A DNA stretch of 64,000 nucleotides from an uncultured Lentisphaerota bacterium (GCA_900320225.1 ONRL01000001.1:1325-65324); one strand, 5' to 3'; numbered from the stretch's first letter, positions 25,432 through 35,509 are shown. The notes: generated by a model not told the origin, from the sequence alone. A program made the numbers and translations.

Positions 25432-25692
25432 ATGGGACACAAATCTGGCAGTTCTAAGGTCAAGCCGGTCAAGTCGCAGCAGACCGTCCAGCGGGCGGCC
25501 GCGTCCAGCGCGCCCATGGCGCCGACGGTGCAGACTCCGCAGACCGAGGTGGTCACGCCCGCCGTCATGCGCGACATCAGCGTGGACACGCAGACCGCTC
25601 AGCAGAACCAGCAGCTCGCGCGCAGCCGCCTCACGGGCATCCGCTCGACGTGGTCGTCGTTCGGAGGTCGTGCGTCCAAGCTCGGATCGTAA
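25432..25692 (+). CDS. small hypothetical virion-module protein
   Basis: 86 aa from MGHKSGSSKVKPVKSQQ, with RBS GAAGGAG 6 nt upstream. It lies just upstream of the portal gene. Confidence 0.45.
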   Translation: MGHKSGSSKVKPVKSQQTVQRAAASSAPMAPTVQTPQTEVVTPAVMRDISVDTQTAQQNQQLARSRLTGIRSTWSSFGGRASKLGS

Positions 25693-25701
25693 GGGGGCGA
25701 G

Positions 25702-27456
25702 ATGGACTTCGCGCTCATATCCAAGCATTGCCGCCACAAGGAGAAGAAGCTCTTCACGGCGTTCGAGAATCGCAAGCCGCTCCTCCTGGACGTGGCGCGC
25801 GAGTTCTACCCGGCCGCGATCCCTGGACTCCAAAAGGGCGTCGAGGAGATGGCGGACGGCTACCAGCACGACGACGACCACCGCATGCTCACCACGACCC
25901 CGATGGACTGCATGCGTCGCGGCGCCGCCGGGTTCCACGGGAACCTCACCAGCCCGACCACGCCGTGGTTCAGGTTCAAGCTCCCCGACTTCATGGTGCC
26001 GGACGGCGAGACCACGCACGAGCAGCGGAAGCTCCTCGACGACGTCACCCAGGCGACGCGCTGGACGTTCAGCCGGTCAAACGCCTATCCCATGCTCCAC
26101 CGGCTTTACAAGCATCTGCTCACGTTCGGCTTCGGCTGCATGATTGTGACTGCGGACGAGCAGCGGATCGCGAAGGTCACGACGCTGCGCATCGGCACCT
26201 ACGCGCTCGGCGTGGGCGAGGACGGCACGGTGGACACGGTCGTGCGCCGGTTCGCGTGGACGGCCGGACAGATCATCCGCAAGTTCGGCCGCGAGCTCAT
26301 GCCGCAGTACATCCTGGACGCCGAGAAGGATCCCACGACGCGCTTCGAGGTGTGCAACCTCATCGAGCCAAACGCCACCGGCGACGACAAGGCGCACGAT
26401 CCGATCGCGCGCGAGCTGGACATGAGCGACGACACCGTCTACCGCTCGGTCTTCTGGCTCAAGAACGCCGAGGGCCACACGAACAACGGGTTCCTGCGGG
26501 CCGTCGGGTTCTCGGTGAAGCCGTTCGTCGCGCCGCGCATGGAGTGCGAGGACGGCGACACCTACGGTCTCGGGCCCGGCATCGACGCGCTCGACCTGGC
26601 GCGCGGCTGCCAGAGCTTCAAGTTCGACGAGCTCAATATCGTCGGCCGGATGAGCGAGCCGGCCGTCATCGCGGCGGACGAGCTGAAAGACGATGGCCTG
26701 CGTCTCTACCGTGGAGCCGTCAACTACGCGCGCTTCGGAGACCAGCAGCGGGCTCCGGTCGTGCCGGTGTTCCCGAATCCGCCCGGCCCGGATGGCGCGC
26801 GCGAGGAGCGCGCCGACGCCGCGCAGGAGATCGCGCGCCTCTTCTACAACGACGCCTTCAGCGTGATCGACGCCGTGCGCCGAGGCGAGACGGGCAAGAT
26901 GACCGCGACCGAGGTCGAGGCGCACGTGCGCGAGGCCATGCAGCGTCTCGCGCCCGTTGCCACGCTCTTCGATTCCGAGCTGCTCGATCCGCTCGTGACC
27001 ATCATGGCGCGCTACACGATCGCCGCCATGCCGACGCCGCTCACGCCCGACCAGGCCGACCAGCTCGCCGACGTGGACGTGGAGTACGTGAGCGCGATCC
27101 ACCTCGCCCAGAAGCAGAGCGTCATCGCCGGGATCCAGCAGGTGTATGACGTCGCTGCCGTCATGGCCAAGGGAGGCAATCCCGAGGTGCTTCACCGCGT
27201 GGACGCCGACCGGATGATCGTGACGCTCGCGGAGCTGATCGGCTGTCCGGAGTCGTGCATGAAGAGCGACAAGCAGGTCGCCGACGCCATCGAGGCCGAC
27301 CAGCAGGCCGCCGCACAGCAGGCGCAGCTCGCCCAGGCGCAGGCGCAGGCATCCGCCGCGAAGGACATCGGCAGCATCCCGCTCGACGAGGAGCATGCCG
27401 GCAGCGCGATCGCCGAGGCGATGGCGCAGAACGACGGAATGGGAGGCATGGCGTAA
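25702..27456 (+). CDS. portal (head-to-tail connector) protein, podovirus type
   Basis: 584 aa, positioned after terL. NLTSPTTPWFRFKL and the following blocks resemble T7-type connector proteins. It has an acidic/Gln-Ala-rich C-terminus. Confidence 0.75.
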   Translation: MDFALISKHCRHKEKKLFTAFENRKPLLLDVAREFYPAAIPGLQKGVEEMADGYQHDDDHRMLTTTPMDCMRRGAAGFHGNLTSPTTPWFRFKLPDFMVPDGETTHEQRKLLDDVTQATRWTFSRSNAYPMLHRLYKHLLTFGFGCMIVTADEQRIAKVTTLRIGTYALGVGEDGTVDTVVRRFAWTAGQIIRKFGRELMPQYILDAEKDPTTRFEVCNLIEPNATGDDKAHDPIARELDMSDDTVYRSVFWLKNAEGHTNNGFLRAVGFSVKPFVAPRMECEDGDTYGLGPGIDALDLARGCQSFKFDELNIVGRMSEPAVIAADELKDDGLRLYRGAVNYARFGDQQRAPVVPVFPNPPGPDGAREERADAAQEIARLFYNDAFSVIDAVRRGETGKMTATEVEAHVREAMQRLAPVATLFDSELLDPLVTIMARYTIAAMPTPLTPDQADQLADVDVEYVSAIHLAQKQSVIAGIQQVYDVAAVMAKGGNPEVLHRVDADRMIVTLAELIGCPESCMKSDKQVADAIEADQQAAAQQAQLAQAQAQASAAKDIGSIPLDEEHAGSAIAEAMAQNDGMGGMA

Positions 27457-27806
27457 TGGATCCGTTCGCCCGGACATCGCCTGAAGCCGAGCGCGAGCAG
27501 AAGGAGCTCGACGCGCAGCGGTTCTCGGACCTTCGCGCGTCGCTGTCGCGCCTGGTGGCAAACGATGATTTCAGGCAATGGTTCCGCTATGTGAACTGGA
27601 ACCTCCACCGGGGAGTCGTGGGCTCCTACGAGATGGACGCCTACACGCAGGGCAGGCGCTCGGTGGTGGAATTCCTCAAGGGCTCCATCTGCATCGCGGA
27701 CGGAGGCCCGAAGTTCCTCGGCGAGCTTGAGGAGAAGCACTTTACAGTCGTCGCGCAGGCCAAGGCCAAGTCGCGGCTCGGTTACGAAACAGGAGAAAAA
27801 ACATGA
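27456..27806 (+). CDS. hypothetical head-assembly protein
   Basis: 116 aa from MDPFARTSPEAE, with a TAATG overlap with portal and an ATGA overlap with the next gene. Confidence 0.45.
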   Translation: MDPFARTSPEAEREQKELDAQRFSDLRASLSRLVANDDFRQWFRYVNWNLHRGVVGSYEMDAYTQGRRSVVEFLKGSICIADGGPKFLGELEEKHFTVVAQAKAKSRLGYETGEKT

Positions 27807-28546
27807 ACAGACTGTTGATGAAGCTCGCGGGCGACATGCGCCTGCGCGATCCAGAACCTGGAACGGACGGCGCACCGCCCGCGTCCACGCCCGCACCGAC
27901 GCCCACAGGCGAGGAAAAGCCAGCGGATCCAGCTCCGGCCACGCCCGCGACGGATCCGGCTCCAGCGCCCACCGGAGACGACGCGCCTGCGGATCCGCTC
28001 GACGGCGTGACGCTCGGCGAGAACAAGCCGGCCGAGCCGAACGCGCAGCCGGCCACGCCCGCGCCCGAAATCAACGAGGAGGATTACGGCAAGGTCGCGA
28101 TCGACACCGACATCGCGTCGGACGTCGAGGTGGACCAGGGCGCCATGAAGGCCGTCGCGCCGATTCTGAAGGAGGCAGGCGTCACGCCAGAGACGGCCGG
28201 CAAGCTCGTCAACGCGCTCGCGCGCTACCAGGTTGAGCAGTTCAAGGCGCGCAACGCAGAGCGCTTCGCCGACAACAAGCGCATGCACGACGCGGCCGTG
28301 CAGAAGTACAGCAAGATGGACTTCGCGCAGATCAACGCCGGCATCGACGCCGCGTTCAAGCCCGGCGGCGTCATGAACTACGTCATCCGCCACTCGGAGA
28401 TCGGGAACGATCCCGAATTCCTCGCTCTGATGCTTTGGTACGGCCAGCACAAGCCCACGAACACCCAGCCCGCGGGCGGCGGCGGAGGAGGCGGAACGAC
28501 CGGACAGGCCGCCGGATTCAACGGAATCGCGAAGGCATGGGACTAA
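27803..28546 (+). CDS. probable scaffolding protein
   Basis: 247 aa, located between portal and capsid. It has a Pro/Ala/Thr-rich acidic N-terminal half, a helical C-terminal half and a poly-Gly tract. Confidence 0.5.
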   Translation: MNRLLMKLAGDMRLRDPEPGTDGAPPASTPAPTPTGEEKPADPAPATPATDPAPAPTGDDAPADPLDGVTLGENKPAEPNAQPATPAPEINEEDYGKVAIDTDIASDVEVDQGAMKAVAPILKEAGVTPETAGKLVNALARYQVEQFKARNAERFADNKRMHDAAVQKYSKMDFAQINAGIDAAFKPGGVMNYVIRHSEIGNDPEFLALMLWYGQHKPTNTQPAGGGGGGGTTGQAAGFNGIAKAWD

Positions 28547-28634
28547 TGACAATTTGCCGTCGGGTTCGCGGGTGCGACACAAGGCGGCGGACGGACCTGG
28601 ACGCAACCAGGGGCAAGTAAGAAGGAACAAGAAA

Positions 28635-29684
28635 ATGCAGGTAAACGGAACACGGGTACTCACTTACGCCGATTTCGTCAAGGGCCTCGATCCGAAGGGC
28701 AACTTCGTCCACCGGATCGTCGAGCTCGTGGCGAAAAAGGTTGAGATGCTCGACGACATGACGGTCATCGAGGCGAACGACGGTTCGTCCCTCTCGACGA
28801 CCGTGCGCACGGAGACGCCGAAGCCGGTTTGGACGACCTACTACGGCGGCATCCCCTCGAACAAGGGCAGTAAGGCCAAGATCAAGGTCGGCTCCGGCAT
28901 GATGGGCACCAAGGTCACGGTCGCGAAGAAGCTCTACGACGACTCCAAGGACAAGGACGCCGTGCTCGAGGACGAGATTCGCGCCAACATCACCGGCATG
29001 AAGAACGAGCTGGCGAGCGCGCTTGTCTACGGCCGACTGGCCGACAACCCGCTCGGGATCAACGGCCTCTTCAAGCACTACGACAAGTACGGCAGCGAGA
29101 CGGCCGACGACACGGAGTCGGCGCACTACGTCTTCAACGCGCTCGGCATCACGGGCAACACCGGCGCCAAGTCGAAGCTCGGCTCCATCGCGCTCGTCGG
29201 ATGGTCGCCGAACACGATCACCGCGTTCCACCCCGAGGGCCACGGCACGGGCGGCATCGAGAAGAGCGACAAGCGCGTCGTGGACATCGCCGATCCGGAC
29301 AAGGGCGGCGACGCGACGTACGAGGCTTATCTCCAGTACCTCTACTGGAAGCTCGGCCTCGCGGTCCGCGACTACCGCTACGGCGGGCGCATCTGCAACA
29401 TCCAGCGCGACCTGATGCTCACCAGGGGCTACGAGGGCAGCTACGTCGAGCTGATCGACCGCCTGTCGCAGCGCGTCCTGGACGACGACGTGAAGCAGGC
29501 CTACTACATGGACAAGCTCATGTGGGAGAACGTCTGCGTCATGTTCTCGCGCCTCACGCGCGGCAACGCGATCAAGTTCGAGCACATCGAAGGCCGCAAG
29601 GAGAAGCGCCTTTACGGCATCCCCGTGCGCATCATGGATCCGATGAAGACCAACGAGGCGGAGGTCACCGCCTTCTCGGCCTAA
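28635..29684 (+). CDS. major capsid protein
   Basis: 349 aa from MQVNGTRVLTYADF, and its position and size are typical of HK97-fold podovirus coat proteins. The start is set at ATG 28635 with an A/G-rich RBS; the track start 28554 is an upstream extension. Confidence 0.75.
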   Translation: MQVNGTRVLTYADFVKGLDPKGNFVHRIVELVAKKVEMLDDMTVIEANDGSSLSTTVRTETPKPVWTTYYGGIPSNKGSKAKIKVGSGMMGTKVTVAKKLYDDSKDKDAVLEDEIRANITGMKNELASALVYGRLADNPLGINGLFKHYDKYGSETADDTESAHYVFNALGITGNTGAKSKLGSIALVGWSPNTITAFHPEGHGTGGIEKSDKRVVDIADPDKGGDATYEAYLQYLYWKLGLAVRDYRYGGRICNIQRDLMLTRGYEGSYVELIDRLSQRVLDDDVKQAYYMDKLMWENVCVMFSRLTRGNAIKFEHIEGRKEKRLYGIPVRIMDPMKTNEAEVTAFSA

Positions 29685-29729
29685 CCGGAAGAACGCCACA
29701 CACAGAAACAACTGAAAAGGAACAGGAAA

Positions 29730-30176
29730 ATGCACGACAAGACTCTGTTTTTCTTCGACCGCAAGGCCCTCGCCGCCGCCAACAACACGGAGATCACCTC
29801 AAAGCTGATCGACATGCGCTTCAACGGCGACGACGTGGACGGGCGGCTGTTCATCAACGCGCAGCTCGGCGCGGCGCCCAGCGAGGGCGTCGTCCGGTTC
29901 AAGGTGCTCACGTCCTACGACGGCAGCTCCTGGGTTGACCTCCTGACGGTCAACAACTCGGGCGCGACGCTGTACAAGGGCCGTCTCCCGCGCGGCATCC
30001 GCCGCTACCTGAAGGCGGAGGCCAAGGTCACGACCGAGCTGGGCGAGGCGAACACCGTGTTCGCGGAGATCACCGACGGGATCGAGAACGGCCTGGACAT
30101 GAACCTTGTCCAGAAGTCGTCCGAGACTGACCAGGCTGCGGCCGGCGATGCCGTCCGCGCGGTGGTCGAGGCGTAA
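29730..30176 (+). CDS. hypothetical structural protein (possible capsid decoration/cement)
   Basis: 148 aa, immediately after the capsid gene, with a beta-rich sequence. The assignment is by position only. Confidence 0.35.
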   Translation: MHDKTLFFFDRKALAAANNTEITSKLIDMRFNGDDVDGRLFINAQLGAAPSEGVVRFKVLTSYDGSSWVDLLTVNNSGATLYKGRLPRGIRRYLKAEAKVTTELGEANTVFAEITDGIENGLDMNLVQKSSETDQAAAGDAVRAVVEA

Positions 30177-30242
30177 TCCTCCCGCCCCTCCTCCGTGCGT
30201 TCTCCGTTTCTGGGGGAGGGGCATTTTCCAACTTCCCAAGCA

Positions 30243-30674
30243 ATGGATCCAGACATGAAGATCATCTGCAAATCAGACACGCAGGTCTTCGGCTACGGCA
30301 TCGTCTCGAAAGGAGAGGCGATCGAATGGCCGGACGGCAGGCCCTTCCCGCCGCACGTTCAGGGCAACTTCAAGTCGGCCGACGGAAAGCCGCTGTGCAA
30401 CGCGAGCCCGAAGCCGCCGGAAGCCGCCGGGGACAAGCCCCAGCAGCCGGAAGGCAACGGCGGAACGCGCGAGCCGACGGCCGAGGAAAAGGCTGCGGAG
30501 CAGGGGCGCGCCGAGAAGACCGCGATCGACGAACTCGTGAAGAGGACGGCCGCGCTCGGCAAGCAGAAGCTGATCGCCGCGCTCGACGCGTCCGGCGTCA
30601 CATACTCGTCAAAGGCCACGTGCGAGGAGCTTGCAAAGGCCCTTCTCCGCTCGCAAGGCCAGGAAATCGACTGA
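30243..30674 (+). CDS. hypothetical protein with C-terminal HeH/SAP-like motif
   Basis: The start is uncertain (30195, 30243 or 30255). KQKLIAALDASGVTYSSKATCEELAKALL resembles Rho-N/HeH motifs frequent in phage structural proteins. Confidence 0.4.
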   Translation: MDPDMKIICKSDTQVFGYGIVSKGEAIEWPDGRPFPPHVQGNFKSADGKPLCNASPKPPEAAGDKPQQPEGNGGTREPTAEEKAAEQGRAEKTAIDELVKRTAALGKQKLIAALDASGVTYSSKATCEELAKALLRSQGQEID

Positions 30675-30686
30675 CGGAGGCGTGAC

Positions 30687-31298
30687 ATGGCGAAGACGGT
30701 CAAGTTCGGGATCGACACGGCTCACTCCCGCCTCTGGATCGACGAGGGACGGCTTTTCCTTGGCACGTCCGCGAAGATCGAACTTCTGGACTGGGAGGTT
30801 GACGACACCGGCTACGTGCCGGTCGTGACCGTGTTCCTTCCCGGCTCGCCCGTCCCGCTCGCGCAGTCGTCCTACGCGGACGGCGCGCTGACGCTCGACC
30901 TCACCGGCGAGGAGTTGCGCAAGGCGTTCCACTCCTCGCCGGCGAGGCACCAGTTCACGGCATACCTGAACCAGAAGCTGCCCGGCGGATCGTGGAAGCC
31001 GGACGTGGAGGCCGTCGGCGAAGTCTGGATCGACTGGTCGCCCGAGGCGTTCAATACCGAGGCCGGCACGGTCGCGACGATGCAGGGCCCGCCCGGCACG
31101 GACGGGCAGGACGGCAAGAGCGCCTACCAGCTAGCGGTCGAGAACGGCTACGCCGGAACGCTCCAGGAATGGCTGGCGGCGATGGAGGTTGCGAACGCGC
31201 TGAAAGGCAAGACGTTCGAGTTCTCGACCGCCACCTCTGAAAAGATGGCGAACGGATTGAAGTTGATTTTCGAGGCACTGGGAGGAACGGTACTATGA
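30687..31298 (+). CDS. tail fibre-associated protein with collagen-like triplets
   Basis: GPPGTDGQDGKSAYQLAVENGYAGTLQEWLAAM is the widespread phage fibre motif: G-x-y triplets followed by SAYE/Q-AV-NG-GT-EWL. Confidence 0.6.
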   Translation: MAKTVKFGIDTAHSRLWIDEGRLFLGTSAKIELLDWEVDDTGYVPVVTVFLPGSPVPLAQSSYADGALTLDLTGEELRKAFHSSPARHQFTAYLNQKLPGGSWKPDVEAVGEVWIDWSPEAFNTEAGTVATMQGPPGTDGQDGKSAYQLAVENGYAGTLQEWLAAMEVANALKGKTFEFSTATSEKMANGLKLIFEALGGTVL

Positions 31299-32764
31299 AG
31301 CGCATCGCATTCCTTTTCGCGCTCGCGGCGTCCGCATCGGCTTTCGCGGCGAACGTGGCGAAGGCCAGGTTCGGCGACCTTCCGATGAACGCGCAGGTCG
31401 TCACGAACGTTGACTTCTCCGGCATCTCCATGTCGGAGGAGGATCCCTACTTCAACGCGTTCACGCAGCGGGGCGGCACCATGTACGGGCCGCTCAGGTT
31501 CTGGAACGGCATCGGAAACTACGACATGTCCACCGTCATCTCCTCCAACGGCGTGTCGTTCTGGAAATTTGCGCCGGCTTCAGGCGGCGGCGGAATCTGG
31601 GCGAGCGGCAGCTTCGAATGGGGCGACCTGCTGACGAGCGAGAGCGATCCGAACGTCCCAGCATGGGCGAAGTCGTCAGTCAAGCCGTCCTACTCGTGGA
31701 GCGAGATCACCGGCAAGCCGTCCGGCCTCGACAACGCCGTGCCGTCCAGCCGCAAGGTGAACGGCAAGGCGCTATCGTCCGACATCACGCTTTCCGCGTC
31801 GGACGTGGGGGCGCCCTCGACGGGCATGTTCAACGCCTCGTCAAACCTCGCGTCCACGGCGGACAGCAAGGCCACAATGGCCATCGCATATCTTCAGGGC
31901 GACGACGCGAAGGTCGTTGTCACGAACTACGACTCGGCCGTCACGATACCGTCCATGAGCCTACAGCAGCGCATCGCCGACGGCGGATCGAACTACTGGA
32001 AAGTCGTCTGGAACGAAATGACGCGGTGGAACAGGTTCACTGGCGACGGCTTCGACTGGGCCGCATGGTGCGGCTTCGGCTGCTTCCGCACGAACGTCCT
32101 TGCGCAGCTCGACCAGAAGGCGGACCGCGCCTGGGGCTTCTACGAATCGCACACGGGCAACTACGCTCCGGACGGCTACGCGTGGATCAGCAGCCCGAAG
32201 ATCGCCATCGCCGCCGGGCTTGCGTACCAGCGGACGATCACGTCGGAGGGGGCCGTGTGGGTGCTGGAGTCTAACGGGCTTGTCACGGAGACGGGCGGAA
32301 ACATGACAAACGGATTCTTCCGCATCAGCGACGGAGAAAACAACACGCTCTTCGAGATCGTCAAGGGGAACAAGCGCACCGTCGGCGCGCAGGCCGGAAG
32401 CGTGACGACCGAAAGCGTCATGGGCATCTCGCACATGCACATCCTATACGCCGTCACGGGCGGCCATCCGACTATCAAGGTCTGCACCGACCTCACGACG
32501 GCGGACTGGAAGGCCGAGACGTCCGACGAATGCGTGGCGAACGTGAACTGGACTGGAGGGAGCGGGGCTTGGATTGCAGAGGTCTGGGGCAAGACGGCGC
32601 AGCCAAGAATGTTCGTGAACGCGGAGTACGAGGTAGGCGGCGAGACGTACATCAAGAACACGGTTCCGATTTCGGCCGACGGCGGGATCCTCTGCACCGA
32701 CGGGATCCACAAGGTGCGGCCGGTCTACAACAACGGCTCGATCACGTGGGAGGTCGTTCAGTGA
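31295..32764 (+). CDS. tail fibre protein
   Basis: VPAWAKSSVKPSYSWSEITGKPS and KVNGKALSSDITLSASDVGA are canonical tail-fibre repeat motifs. There is an ATGA overlap with the previous gene. Confidence 0.7.
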   Translation: MKRIAFLFALAASASAFAANVAKARFGDLPMNAQVVTNVDFSGISMSEEDPYFNAFTQRGGTMYGPLRFWNGIGNYDMSTVISSNGVSFWKFAPASGGGGIWASGSFEWGDLLTSESDPNVPAWAKSSVKPSYSWSEITGKPSGLDNAVPSSRKVNGKALSSDITLSASDVGAPSTGMFNASSNLASTADSKATMAIAYLQGDDAKVVVTNYDSAVTIPSMSLQQRIADGGSNYWKVVWNEMTRWNRFTGDGFDWAAWCGFGCFRTNVLAQLDQKADRAWGFYESHTGNYAPDGYAWISSPKIAIAAGLAYQRTITSEGAVWVLESNGLVTETGGNMTNGFFRISDGENNTLFEIVKGNKRTVGAQAGSVTTESVMGISHMHILYAVTGGHPTIKVCTDLTTADWKAETSDECVANVNWTGGSGAWIAEVWGKTAQPRMFVNAEYEVGGETYIKNTVPISADGGILCTDGIHKVRPVYNNGSITWEVVQ

Positions 32765-33408
32765 GGGAGCTGATCGCAGGATTCCAGGCGTCGCTGATCT
32801 GGATTTGCGTCGTCCTGCTGCTGTCGCTCGCGGGAATCGCCGCGTGCCCGATCGTGCGGGACGCGCTTGCGAAGCTCCGCTCGATGTTCGGCAAGTCGAA
32901 GGTTCAGGGCATACTTGTCGCGGCGGCGATCGTCGGCGCGGTCATGTACGGCGGGAGCAAGGGAACCCGCAGCGTCAGCTTCCCGCGCACGGACATCGAA
33001 GTCGCGTACCTGGTGGACGCCGGATCGTATGTCACGAACGACCTGGTGCACGTCGCCTTCGCCTCGTACCTGATCCCGCAGGACGCGCCCATAATCCTCT
33101 CGTACTGGCCCGACGGCTCGACGAACGAGGACGAGATCGTGACGGCCCTGGCGGCGCCGCTCGCCGACTTCCCGAACCCGCTTGACTTCGCCTTCGAGAA
33201 CGCTATCTCGAACAGGTGGTACTGCTACACGACGTGGACGCCTGGCCCGGCCGTACACACGAACGGAGTATGGCAGACGATTTGGATGATGGACAGGTGC
33301 GACAACTTCTACATGATCCCCATCCGGACATGGATCGAAGCGGACGGCGAAGTCATTGCTCCGCCGGTGTTCACCCTGCCAGAAGAAGGAGAACCAGACG
33401 ATGAATAA
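32761..33408 (+). CDS. membrane protein (2 TM)
   Basis: GTGA-overlap start. The hydrophobic segments are LIWICVVLLLSLAGIAACPIV and GILVAAAIVGAVMYG. Confidence 0.5.
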   Translation: MRELIAGFQASLIWICVVLLLSLAGIAACPIVRDALAKLRSMFGKSKVQGILVAAAIVGAVMYGGSKGTRSVSFPRTDIEVAYLVDAGSYVTNDLVHVAFASYLIPQDAPIILSYWPDGSTNEDEIVTALAAPLADFPNPLDFAFENAISNRWYCYTTWTPGPAVHTNGVWQTIWMMDRCDNFYMIPIRTWIEADGEVIAPPVFTLPEEGEPDDE

Positions 33409-33892
33409 GACAGCAGCACTCTTCGCGCTCGCCCTGGCGGCGGCGATCGCTCCGCTCGAACTCCGCCCGGACGGCGACCTCTCGCAGGTCGTCGCCCAGA
33501 CGCTCTTCTCGGACGGCAGCACGAACACGTGGACGCAAGCCGACCTGATCGCCGCCTTGCAACTTGTGAACCGCAAGTACCACCGCGACTGCGAGAGGGG
33601 GGACGGACGCAGGGCGTGGCACGGGAGGCTGATGCGGCAGACGGTCGTGACGAACGGCACGACGCTCGTCAAGACGGAGACGCACGAGGACGGGACCGAG
33701 TTCACGTTCGAGGCGCAGTACGTTCCGCCGTCCGTCGCCGTCTCGAACGCGAACGCGCGCCTGAAGACCACGATGTCGAGGGGCGTGCCGAAGGCGTTGG
33801 CCGAGGCGCGGCTCCGGCGAGCGGAGGAAAAGGCAAGCGTGTCGAACGTCACGGTGACGGTCACGGCGGGTGCCGGAACGGAGGTCAAATGA
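33401..33892 (+). CDS. secreted hypothetical protein
   Basis: MNKTAALFALALAAAIAP is a signal peptide. RBS GAAGGAG precedes it, and it overlaps the previous gene by 8 nt. Confidence 0.5.
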   Translation: MNKTAALFALALAAAIAPLELRPDGDLSQVVAQTLFSDGSTNTWTQADLIAALQLVNRKYHRDCERGDGRRAWHGRLMRQTVVTNGTTLVKTETHEDGTEFTFEAQYVPPSVAVSNANARLKTTMSRGVPKALAEARLRRAEEKASVSNVTVTVTAGAGTEVK

Positions 33893-34134
33893 CGGATGAA
33901 GAAAGACTGAAGGCGCTTGCCGAAGAGGCAAGATACGAGGCGCGTTTGTGCAGAGGTCAGTTTTTCAACTGCTGCTATCAGAACGACGGCATAAACAAGA
34001 TGCTGTTGAACCACGCAACGCTTTTCCGCCAACTGGCAAGGGCACTAGTCGGCCCTGACGATGAAGACAAGGCCTGGGATAACCTTTCGCAAAGAATAGC
34101 GGAAAAGTTTGCCGGAGGGGAAAACAATGGATGA
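33889..34134 (+). CDS. hypothetical protein (low-GC patch)
   Basis: 81 aa from MTDEERLKALAEEARYE, with an ATGA overlap. Confidence 0.45.
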   Translation: MTDEERLKALAEEARYEARLCRGQFFNCCYQNDGINKMLLNHATLFRQLARALVGPDDEDKAWDNLSQRIAEKFAGGENNG

Positions 34135-34375
34135 AGTCACGAGAGACATGGTTAAGGCCCAGCTGAAGTCAGCAAAGACCAAGGAAGCGTTGAACGACGC
34201 CATGGTCAGCGCGATGATCGCCGTCGTGGACTGCCAGTGCAAGACGGGGATGCGAGTCAAGCGCCAGGGGCTCATCCTCGCCGGCATCGGCCTGTTACTG
34301 CTTCTGACGCTTCTGTGCGGCAACGACAGCGCGCTGAAGTTGCTGTGCTTCTGGAGATCGGGAGGGACGCCGTGA
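34127..34375 (+). CDS. small membrane protein with single C-terminal TM (holin candidate)
   Basis: GGAGGGG lies 6 nt upstream of ATG 34127. The TM segment is GLILAGIGLLLLLTLLCG. Confidence 0.4.
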   Translation: MDEVTRDMVKAQLKSAKTKEALNDAMVSAMIAVVDCQCKTGMRVKRQGLILAGIGLLLLLTLLCGNDSALKLLCFWRSGGTP

Positions 34376-34818
34376 AGACGAAGTGGGCGACATGCGCCGC
34401 GCCGATCATCAGGCTTCCCATCAGCACGCTGGGAGAGTCTGAGGCGGTGCTGATGGAAGACTGGAACCTCGACGATGTGATCGGATTCTCGTTTTGCGTT
34501 CCGGCCGGAACCAGGACGGACGGCGCGAGCATCCCGAGGTTCCTCTGGAGGATTTGCGGCCATCCCCTCATGGCCCCGCGCGTGTATGCGGCCACACTCC
34601 ACGACTGGCTGTACGGCGAATTCGACCTGACGGCCGCCGCGCTGCATGAAAGCCGGTACTTCAACACGGCCCTTCCCACGGACCTTACCCGCAAGGAGGC
34701 CGACGAATGCTACCGCGCCCTCCTGCTGCACTTTGGCGTCGCCGCGTGGCGGGCCGACATCGAATACTACGCGCTCCGGCTGTTCGGATCGCGACACTAC
34801 AAAGGAAAAAGCAAATGA
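34372..34818 (+). CDS. DUF1353-domain protein
   Basis: FCVPAGTRTDGASIPRFLWRICG...AATLHDWLY...RKEADECYRALL matches the DUF1353 signature (VP.G..TDGAS.P......HD.LY...R..AD). The start is a GTGA overlap. Confidence 0.6.
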   Translation: MKTKWATCAAPIIRLPISTLGESEAVLMEDWNLDDVIGFSFCVPAGTRTDGASIPRFLWRICGHPLMAPRVYAATLHDWLYGEFDLTAAALHESRYFNTALPTDLTRKEADECYRALLLHFGVAAWRADIEYYALRLFGSRHYKGKSK

Positions 34819-35465
34819 AGAAGATCATCTGGTTTTGCGCGGCCGCCGCGCTTGCAGCGTCCGCATTGGCCGAATACGATGCCGTCCAGCTGGAAGCCGG
34901 CGACAACCTGGTACCGGCACCGTGCTCCGGCGTGATGCTCCATGCCATCAGCACGAACGCGAGCGGCACCGTCGTCCTGAAGAAGGTGACTGCGCTCTCG
35001 ATCACGTGGAACGAGACGCGGACGGTGACGAACATCATCTACACGACCGCGTGGAGCAACCTCACGCACACCGTCACGAACGACATGGTGAGCGCGTGGC
35101 GCACGAACGCCGTCACGGTCGCGGGGACGACGAACACGGTGGTCGAGACCAACTTCCTCGCACGGGCGATGAACGCCATTCCGTCCGTCTATCCCTGGCC
35201 CGACCTGCTGATCACGACGAACAAGCTGACCGGCGTCGAGGTGTACACGAACATCCCGTACAAGGTAGAGTCGTCGCGTCGCGTGATGCCCTACACGATC
35301 CAGCGCCGGGCGTCGAAGTACGTCACGAACGACGTCTGCAACGTGACGCTGGCCAGCGGATTCAAGACGAACGCCGTCAGCGGCGTGTTCGCGCCCGGCG
35401 ACTACATCTACGCGAGCGGCACGGCGTTCAACGGCGGACGCGTGCAGCTGATCATAGAGAAGTGA
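34815..35465 (+). CDS. secreted hypothetical protein
   Basis: MKKIIWFCAAAALAASALA is a signal peptide. The mature part is Thr/Asn/Val-rich and beta-like. There is an ATGA overlap. Confidence 0.5.
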   Translation: MKKIIWFCAAAALAASALAEYDAVQLEAGDNLVPAPCSGVMLHAISTNASGTVVLKKVTALSITWNETRTVTNIIYTTAWSNLTHTVTNDMVSAWRTNAVTVAGTTNTVVETNFLARAMNAIPSVYPWPDLLITTNKLTGVEVYTNIPYKVESSRRVMPYTIQRRASKYVTNDVCNVTLASGFKTNAVSGVFAPGDYIYASGTAFNGGRVQLIIEK

Positions 35466-35509
35466 CTTCCGGCAATTCCGCCGGGGAAAACAAACAGGAG
35501 TAAAAAGCA

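Noticed and set aside
26077-29735. Long minus ORFs (494 aa, 293 aa, 405 aa) across the portal, scaffold and capsid genes
   Set aside because: They are antisense shadows in high-GC coding DNA, with Arg/Asp/His-rich translations and no RBS.
30184-30228. Possible terminator after the post-capsid gene (GCCCCTCC ... GGAGGGGC then ATTTTCC)
   Set aside because: The 8-bp stem is separated by a 23-nt loop and the T-run is weak. This is not convincing without folding energies.
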